A stretch of 38,155 nucleotides of DNA from an uncultured Hyphomicrobiales bacterium. GTDB lineage: Bacteria; Pseudomonadota; Alphaproteobacteria; Rhizobiales; BM303. Of this stretch, positions 33,017 through 38,155 are shown one piece after another (positions within the stretch are counted from its first letter, which is position 1; the number at the start of each line of letters is the position of its first letter). The stretch covers positions 1 through 38,155 of the forward strand of contig CAZIVB010000002.1 of NCBI GenBank assembly GCA_964542565.1, written 5' to 3'. The notes under the pieces are model-generated. The model did no database searches, was not told the DNA's origin, and saw only the letters and a program-made list of their open reading frames with translations. The position numbers and the translations under genes are program-made.

Positions 33017-33703
33017 ATGACAAAACAAACGACCGGCTCCCGCCGGGAGACCAAATTCCTCGCCGTCGATTTCAAGCAGATCGACGCCAAAGGCGTCTTT
33101 GAAGGTTATGCCAGCGTGTTCGGCAAAGAAGATCTTGGCCATGATATCATCATGCCCGGCGCTTTTCGCGGCTCTTTGAAAAAACGCGGCGCAAGCCAGA
33201 TCAAGATGCTTTTCCAGCATGATCCCAAAGAGCCGGTTGGCGTCTGGTCCCATATTGCCGAAGACGCAAGGGGCCTGTTCGTGCGCGGTCGTCTCAACAC
33301 CCAGGTGGCCCGCGCCCGCGAGATTTTAAGCCTGATGCGCGAAGGCGCGATTGACGGGCTGTCCATCGGCTTTCACACCCTGAAAGGGCGCACCGACCCC
33401 AAAACCGGCATACGCAAGCTGCGCGAGGTTGATCTGTGGGAAATCTCCATCGTCACCTTCCCCATGCAGCCCGGCGCCCGCATCCAGTCGGTCAAGCACC
33501 GCGGTGACCGGCTGCCCACAACCAGAGAATTCGAGTGCTGGCTCACGCGGGATGCTGGGCTGACGCGCCGCGAGGCCCGCACCGTCATCGGCAAGGGCTA
33601 CCGGGCAATAACCGCCGGGCGGGATGCCGCCGGATTGCCGCTACCTGCCCCCGCGCAACTTGCCCGAAAAATCCGGCAGGCGGCGCAGATTATCAATCCC
33701 TGA
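33017..33703 (+). CDS. HK97-family prohead protease (GTA g4)
   Basis: ATG 33017 follows an AAGGAG RBS. FEGYASVFG..D..HDII.PGAF, IKMLFQHD and GLSIGF are typical of the family. Confidence 0.9.
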   Translation: MTKQTTGSRRETKFLAVDFKQIDAKGVFEGYASVFGKEDLGHDIIMPGAFRGSLKKRGASQIKMLFQHDPKEPVGVWSHIAEDARGLFVRGRLNTQVARAREILSLMREGAIDGLSIGFHTLKGRTDPKTGIRKLREVDLWEISIVTFPMQPGARIQSVKHRGDRLPTTREFECWLTRDAGLTRREARTVIGKGYRAITAGRDAAGLPLPAPAQLARKIRQAAQIINP

Positions 33704-33720
33704 AAAACGAGGACATAACA

Positions 33721-34950
33721 ATGGACAATCTAACCAACCACACCGAACTCGGTGAAGCCTTTGACGAGTTCATGCAGGCTTTTGAAGCCTTCAGGCAAAC
33801 CAATGACGAGCGTCTGGCCCAGGTTGAAAAACATATGGCCACCGATGTCATCACCGGCGACAAGCTGGAGCGCATCAACCGCGCCATGGATGAACAAAAG
33901 CGCACCGTCGACAGCCTGACCCTGAAAGCCCGCCGCCCGGCGCTGGGATCTTCAGGCCGCGCCATCAGCGCTCATGCGCTGGAGCACCGCGCCGCCTGGA
34001 ATGACTATATGCGCAAGGGCGATGCGCGCAATTTGCAGGCGATTGAAGCCAAGGCGCTTTCCGTCGGCACTGACGCCGATGGCGGCTATACCGTGCCGGA
34101 GGAAACCGAAAGCCATATCGGCAAGCTGCTGAGTCAGGCCTCTCCCATCCGCGCCATTGCCGGCATCCGCCAGATTTCCGCTTCAACCTATAAAAAGCCC
34201 TTCGCCACCAGCGGCTTTTCCACCGGCTGGGTCGGCGAGACGGCGGCAAGGCCCGAAACCTCGACCCCGACCCTGGCCGAGCTTTCCTTCCCGGCCATGG
34301 AGCTTTACGCCATGCCCGCGGCAACCTCAGTGCTGCTTGAAGACAGCGCGGTTGACATAGAGCAATGGATTGCCGAAGAGGTGCAAAGCGCCTTTGCCGA
34401 GCAAGAAGGCGCCGCCTTCGTCAATGGCAACGGCACCTCCAAACCGCGCGGTTTCCTCAACTACACCAAGGTGGCGGACAGCTCCTGGAGCTGGGGCAAT
34501 CTGGGTTATGTGGTCTCCGGGGCCTCGGGCGCATTCGCCGCAACCGATCCTTCCGATGCCCTGATTGATCTGATTTATTCGGTCAAATCCGGCTATCGCG
34601 CCAATGCTCATTTCGTCATGAACCGCGCCACCCAGTCGGAAATCCGCAAGCTCAAGGACGCGGACGGCAATTATCTCTGGCAGCCGCCGGTGCAGGCCGG
34701 CACGGGCGCGACCTTGATGAATGTGCCGATTGCCGAGGCTGAGGACATGCCCGATATGGCCGCCGACAGCTTCTCCATCGCCTTTGGCGATTTTGGCCGT
34801 GGCTATCTGATCGTGGACCGGGTCGGCGTGCGGGTGCTGCGCGATCCCTTCTCCTCCAAGCCCTATGTGCTGTTCTACACCACCAAGCGCGTCGGCGGCG
34901 GGGTGCAGAATTTTGAAGCCATCAAGCTGATGAAATTCGGCACCGCCTAA
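33721..34950 (+). CDS. HK97-family major capsid protein (GTA g5)
   Basis: ATG 33721 follows GAGGA. It has an N-terminal coiled-coil (scaffold-like) region, then GTDADGGYTVPEE, FVNGNGTSKPRGFL and YRANAHFVMN. The track start at 33535 lies inside the protease gene. Confidence 0.9.
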   Translation: MDNLTNHTELGEAFDEFMQAFEAFRQTNDERLAQVEKHMATDVITGDKLERINRAMDEQKRTVDSLTLKARRPALGSSGRAISAHALEHRAAWNDYMRKGDARNLQAIEAKALSVGTDADGGYTVPEETESHIGKLLSQASPIRAIAGIRQISASTYKKPFATSGFSTGWVGETAARPETSTPTLAELSFPAMELYAMPAATSVLLEDSAVDIEQWIAEEVQSAFAEQEGAAFVNGNGTSKPRGFLNYTKVADSSWSWGNLGYVVSGASGAFAATDPSDALIDLIYSVKSGYRANAHFVMNRATQSEIRKLKDADGNYLWQPPVQAGTGATLMNVPIAEAEDMPDMAADSFSIAFGDFGRGYLIVDRVGVRVLRDPFSSKPYVLFYTTKRVGGGVQNFEAIKLMKFGTA

Positions 34951-35033
34951 ACCTCTCCTTCTCCCCCGTGAACCTTGGCGGGGCGGGCGCTGCAACAGCG
35001 CACCGCCCCGTCCTTTTTGGGAAACCGTCCAAC

Positions 35034-35612
35034 ATGACCGCAATTCTCATCTCCGGCCCCGCTACCGAGCCGGTCACACTTGCCGAGGCCAGGGCGCATC
35101 TGCGCGTCGATACGGCCGATGAAGACACCCTGATCTCCTCGCTCATCACCGCGGCGCGCATCCATATCGAACTTGCCTGCTCCAAGGTGCTCATCACCCA
35201 GAGCTGGAAACTTTATTTTGACCGCTGGCCGTCAAAAAGCGTCATCGAAATCCCGCTCGCGCCGCTCCAGGGCGTAAGCGCCATAAGCATCTATGATGCG
35301 GATGATAACAGCGAGAGCATTGCCTCTTCCCGGTGGTATGCCGATACGGTATCGGTCCCCGGACGGCTCGTGCGCCGTTTTGGCTCTGTTTGGCCGGACC
35401 CGGCCCGCGCCGCCAATGGTATCGAAATTACCCTGAGCGCAGGCTACGGCGATACAGCTTCCGATGTGCCGCAAACCCTGCGGCAGGCTATTCTGCTGCT
35501 GGTTGCCCACTGGTTTGAAACCCGCGAGCCGGTTGTTCTGGGCGCGGCGGCCATATCCGTCCCCCTTGCCGTTGATGCCCTGATCGCGCCCGCAAAGGCG
35601 GTGCGGCTGTGA
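35034..35612 (+). CDS. phage gp6-like head-tail connector protein (GTA g6)
   Basis: EPVTLAEARAHLRVDTADEDTLISSLITAAR is the typical N-terminus of this family. I prefer the start at ATG 35034. Confidence 0.85.
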   Translation: MTAILISGPATEPVTLAEARAHLRVDTADEDTLISSLITAARIHIELACSKVLITQSWKLYFDRWPSKSVIEIPLAPLQGVSAISIYDADDNSESIASSRWYADTVSVPGRLVRRFGSVWPDPARAANGIEITLSAGYGDTASDVPQTLRQAILLLVAHWFETREPVVLGAAAISVPLAVDALIAPAKAVRL

Positions 35613-35929
35613 TGCGGCCGGGAAAATTACGCCGCCGGGTGGTTGTCGAAGAGCCGGTGCGCGTTTCCGATGGCGGCGGCGGCGCGAGCCTCTCATGGTC
35701 GCAGATCGCGAACCCATGGGCGGCAATCGAGCCATTAAGCGGCTATGAACGCGCCCGCTATGAGGGCATTGAAGCCACGCTGAGCCACAAAATCACGCTT
35801 CGTTTCCGCTCCGGTATAACCCCTCATATGCGCCTGCGCCTTGATACCCGGATATTCAATATCCATGCGCTGCGCAATGAGGATGAGAAGGATCGCTGGC
35901 TGATCTGTCTTTGCGAGGAGATTATTTGA
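35609..35929 (+). CDS. phage head-closure / head-tail adaptor protein (GTA g7)
   Basis: 106 aa. Its GTG/ATG start overlaps the g6 stop. MRPGKLRRRVVVE...W..IANPWAAIEPLSG.E is the typical pattern. Confidence 0.8.
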   Translation: MMRPGKLRRRVVVEEPVRVSDGGGGASLSWSQIANPWAAIEPLSGYERARYEGIEATLSHKITLRFRSGITPHMRLRLDTRIFNIHALRNEDEKDRWLICLCEEII

Positions 35930-35932
35930 GCC

Positions 35933-36133
35933 ATGCAACTCCTCCCCCGCATCAACGGCCTGAAATCGCTGCAAAAGACATTCGGCCGCCTCACCCGGCC
36001 CGAGATTTTTGCCGAGGCGGAAACCCGGACCAGGGCGGAAATCGTCAGGCTCGAAACCCGCCCGTCTTTACGTTTAGTTAACCATGTTTATGGCGGAATT
36101 CTGCGCGATATCCTGCGCCGCACCCGCCGTTAG
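35933..36133 (+). CDS. small ORF in the g7-g8 gap; possibly a remnant of an HK97 gp10-like gene
   Basis: 66-aa ORF fills a 216-bp gap in an otherwise tightly packed cluster. INGLKSLQKTFGRL faintly recalls gp10-family N-termini. There is no good RBS, and the composition drifts AT-rich toward its end. Confidence 0.3.
   Translation: MQLLPRINGLKSLQKTFGRLTRPEIFAEAETRTRAEIVRLETRPSLRLVNHVYGGILRDILRRTRR
36067..36085 (+). promoter_or_regulatory. CtrA-type box TTTA-N7-TTAACCAT inside the GTA cluster
   Basis: An exact TTAACCAT 8-mer, plus an upstream half-site with one mismatch at N7 spacing, lies ~60-80 nt upstream of the DUF3168 gene start. Confidence 0.3.
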
Positions 36134-36145
36134 AAAGGGATATCC

Positions 36146-36559
36146 ATGCCGCAAAACGCAAGCCGGGCGCTGCAAAAAGCCATCTTTGAGGCCCTCTTGG
36201 CAGATGCCGCCCTGACAGCCCTTCTGGGGGCGGGAAAAATCTTCGATGATGTACCGCAAGGGGTAAGCTTTCCCTATCTTACCATCGGCCAGGCCACAAC
36301 CCGCGACTGGAGCACTTCAACCGAAGAGGGGGCTGAACACATCCTCACCTTGCAGGTCTGGTCAAAGGATACCGGCCGAAAGGGCATTCAGGCCATCATG
36401 CAAACCGTGCACGACATTCTGCACAACGCTTCCCTGACCCTGGAAGACCACAACCTCGTCAATTTACGCCACGAATTCACCGACCTGAACCGCGCCAAAG
36501 GCGGCCACGCCTATCACGGCCTCACAAGATACCGGGCCGTGACGGAGCCGGCGGCCTGA
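36146..36559 (+). CDS. DUF3168 tail-terminator-like protein (GTA g8)
   Basis: ALQKAIFEALLADAALTALLG..IFDDVPQ...PYLTIG...DWST is the typical DUF3168 N-terminus. Confidence 0.85.
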   Translation: MPQNASRALQKAIFEALLADAALTALLGAGKIFDDVPQGVSFPYLTIGQATTRDWSTSTEEGAEHILTLQVWSKDTGRKGIQAIMQTVHDILHNASLTLEDHNLVNLRHEFTDLNRAKGGHAYHGLTRYRAVTEPAA

Positions 36560-36606
36560 CTATTTTTTAAACCCATCTTTCATCACAAAATCAGGAGACC
36601 CACCCT

Positions 36607-37020
36607 ATGACCGCTCAGAAGGGCAAAGATTTATTGCTTAAAATGGATACCAGCGGCGCTGGAGCTTTTGCCACCATGGCGGGGCTGCGCGCCCAGCGTA
36701 TTGCCTTTAATGCCGAAACGGTGGATGTCACCGATGCCGAATCGGCACAGGGCTGGCGTGAATTGCTCGCCGGAGCCGGGGTGAAATCCGCCAGTATCAA
36801 CGGGTCCGGCATTTTCAGGGACGCGAGCGCCGACGAGACCGTGCGCGGTCTGTTTTTCAACGCCCATATCCGCGACTGGCAGGTGATCATCCCCGATTTT
36901 GGCACGATTGAAGGCCCGTTCCAGATTTCGGCGCTGGAATATGCCGGGGAGTATAACGGCGAGGTCAAATTCGAGCTTGCGCTGGAATCGGCCGGTCAGC
37001 TCACCTTCACCGGGGCTTGA
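36607..37020 (+). CDS. phage major tail protein, TP901-1 family (GTA g9)
   Basis: 137 aa. GKDLLLKMD....FATMAGLRAQRIAFNAETVDVTDAES...W.E and its cluster position both fit. Confidence 0.9.
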   Translation: MTAQKGKDLLLKMDTSGAGAFATMAGLRAQRIAFNAETVDVTDAESAQGWRELLAGAGVKSASINGSGIFRDASADETVRGLFFNAHIRDWQVIIPDFGTIEGPFQISALEYAGEYNGEVKFELALESAGQLTFTGA

Positions 37021-37025
37021 GGATA

Positions 37026-37352
37026 ATGGCAAACGCACATCGCGGCGAGATCGAGGCCGTTCTTGACGGCAAGCCGCTCACCCTTTGCCTCACTCTTGGC
37101 GCTCTGGCCGAGCTTGAACACGCCTTTGGCGGCGAGGATATGCTGGCTATTGCCGAACGTTTTGAAACCGGGCGCATTAGGGCCGAGGACGCCATCCGCG
37201 TCATCGGCGCGGCGCTCCGCGGCGCGGGCAATGATATCTCCGACGCCCAGGTGGCGAATATGAGTATTGACGGCGGCGCGGCTGGCTATGTCCGCACCGT
37301 CGCCCGGCTCTTGAACGCCACATTCAGCGATCCCGGCCCGGCGGTAAATTGA
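37026..37352 (+). CDS. GTA g10 family protein (tail assembly chaperone-like)
   Basis: MANAHRGEIEAVLDGKPLTLCLTLGALAELEHAFG is the typical 'gene transfer agent family protein' N-terminus. ATG 37026 follows GAGGA. Confidence 0.85.
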   Translation: MANAHRGEIEAVLDGKPLTLCLTLGALAELEHAFGGEDMLAIAERFETGRIRAEDAIRVIGAALRGAGNDISDAQVANMSIDGGAAGYVRTVARLLNATFSDPGPAVN

Positions 37353-37561
37353 GTAAAAACAAGACATTTCCCTGGGAAGAGCTGATGAATCTGGGGCTTG
37401 GCCATCTGCGCCTGGCTCCGCCTGTGTTCTGGTCCATGACGCCGCGCGAGCTGAACACTGCCGCACGCGGCTCCATGGGCCTGCCCGCCTCGCTGCCTCC
37501 CCCGGCGAGGCGGGATCTGCAAAAACTCATGCAATGCTACCCCGATTCTGAAAAAAAATGA
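37349..37561 (+). CDS. GTA g10.1-like phage tail assembly chaperone
   Basis: 70 aa. FPWEELMNLGLGHLRLAPPVFWSMTPRELN is the conserved motif of this small family. The TTG start overlaps the g10 stop. Confidence 0.8.
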   Translation: MSKNKTFPWEELMNLGLGHLRLAPPVFWSMTPRELNTAARGSMGLPASLPPPARRDLQKLMQCYPDSEKK

Positions 37562-37568
37562 GGTTATT

Positions 37569-38126
37569 ATGGCCGAGGAAGTCGATTCCCTTGTCGTCAC
37601 CATAGACGCCGATATCTCCAACCTGCGGCGCGAGCTGGACACCGCCACCCGCATGGGGCGCAGTTTTGGCTCCGCCATCAGCCGCGCTTTTGAATCCGCC
37701 GCCATAAAAGGGCGTTCCCTGGGCGATGTCCTGCGCTCACTTGCCGCCTCGCTTGCCTCCACTGCCCTGCGCGCCGGAATGAGACCGCTGGAGAAAATGC
37801 TGGGCGGCGCCTTTGGATCGCTGTTTTCGGGCCTGACAGCGGCCAAAATTACCCCCTTCGCCGATGGCGGCGTCGTCAACTCGCCGGTTCTTTTCCCCAT
37901 GGGAGGCGGACGGCACGGGGTTATGGGCGAGGCGGGAGCAGAAGCCATCATGCCGCTGGCAAGAGGGGCTGACGGCAAGCTGGGAGTGCGCACGGACGGC
38001 CAGGCGCGCGCCATGACCATCAATTTCAATGTTCAGGCCAATGACGCCCAGAGCTTCTTGCGATCTGAATCACAAATCTCCGCCCTGCTGGCCCGGGCCA
38101 CAAGGCGCGGCACAAGGAATTTGTAA
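37569..38126 (+). CDS. short phage tail tape measure protein (GTA g11)
   Basis: 185 aa with an N-terminal helical region and C-terminal ...FADGGVVNSPVLFPMGGG.HGVMGEAGAEAIMPLARGADGKLGV, typical of GTA tape measure proteins. Confidence 0.85.
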   Translation: MAEEVDSLVVTIDADISNLRRELDTATRMGRSFGSAISRAFESAAIKGRSLGDVLRSLAASLASTALRAGMRPLEKMLGGAFGSLFSGLTAAKITPFADGGVVNSPVLFPMGGGRHGVMGEAGAEAIMPLARGADGKLGVRTDGQARAMTINFNVQANDAQSFLRSESQISALLARATRRGTRNL

Positions 38127-38128
38127 AC

Positions 38129-38155
38129 ATGGCCTTTCACGAAATCCGTTTTCCC
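38129..38155 (+). CDS. start of GTA g12 (DUF2460 / distal tail protein), truncated by the window
   Basis: ATG 38129 gives MAFHEIRFP, the characteristic N-terminus of the family. Only 9 codons are visible. Confidence 0.6.

Larger units (their letters stand above)
29912..38155 (+). mobile_element. RcGTA-like gene transfer agent head-tail structural cluster (5' portion; continues beyond the window)
   Basis: Co-directional, tightly packed order: TerS-like, TerL, portal, protease, HK97 capsid, connector, adaptor, DUF3168, major tail, g10, g10.1, short tape measure, g12 start. No integrase, repressor, lysis or replication genes are present. Confidence 0.85.

Noticed and set aside
34327-35043. 238-aa - strand ORF opposite the capsid gene. 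The same applies to 37286..38029 opposite the tape measure gene.
   Set aside because: Both are antisense to GTA genes with family-typical sequences. Both translations are Gly/Arg/Ala/Ser low complexity.
37300-37360. Possible -1 programmed frameshift joining g10 and g10.1, by analogy with phage gpG/gpGT tail chaperones
   Set aside because: g10.1 is indeed in the -1 frame relative to g10. But I found no X_XXY_YYZ slippery heptamer in the last codons of g10 (...GAT CCC GGC CCG GCG GTA AAT TGA). An in-frame TTG overlapping the stop can also serve as an independent start. The idea is not supported by sequence alone.
29912-38155. Intact prophage interpretation of the phage-like cluster
   Set aside because: There is no integrase, repressor/antirepressor, replication or lysis gene, and no tRNA or att-like repeat at the 5' border. 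The gene set and order match the domesticated RcGTA-type cluster.
1-38155. CRISPR arrays, rRNA/tRNA genes, IS elements
   Set aside because: I saw no regularly spaced direct repeats, no cloverleaf-capable conserved tRNA segments in the intergenic regions, and no transposase-like ORFs or terminal inverted repeats on reading the sequence. A tRNAscan/Rfam run would be needed to exclude small RNAs formally.

Overview
GC-rich alphaproteobacterial (Rhizobiales-like) chromosomal window with no rRNA, tRNA, CRISPR, IS or integrase signal that I could see. 1-11.9 kb is housekeeping or catabolic: a histidine phosphatase fragment, PQQ sugar dehydrogenase, a minus-strand MBL hydrolase/amidase/class-III aminotransferase/Nudix operon, bioY, recQ, and a translationally coupled msrB/S9 oligopeptidase/isochorismatase operon. 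12-16 kb holds mucR/ros, a PAS_5 protein, and what I read as a gene-transfer-agent (GTA) regulatory locus: a small DUF6477-like gene, a CI-like XRE repressor, and a divergent split GafA-type pair (DnaA-domain-IV HTH protein plus DUF6456-like protein). sufE, a DUF5330-like gene, an AT-rich island and a PAS histidine kinase follow. 19.4-25.6 kb is the most unusual part. It carries a tandemly duplicated two-gene cassette on the minus strand. Each copy encodes a secreted protein (oligo-Gly, polybasic, proline-rich, Gly/Ala-rich C-terminus) and a ~375-385 aa signal-peptide partner. I cannot place either protein in a known family. The cassettes lie co-directionally downstream of a PBP1A gene and a DUF1214/DUF1254 pair. 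From 29.9 kb to the window end is an RcGTA-like head-tail cluster: TerS-like, TerL, portal, protease, capsid, connector, adaptor, DUF3168, major tail, chaperones, tape measure, and the start of g12. Two oddities stand out there: TerL has no canonical start near its conserved N-terminus, and a CtrA-type box sits in an internal gap. Family assignments come from motif recognition by eye, not from searches.
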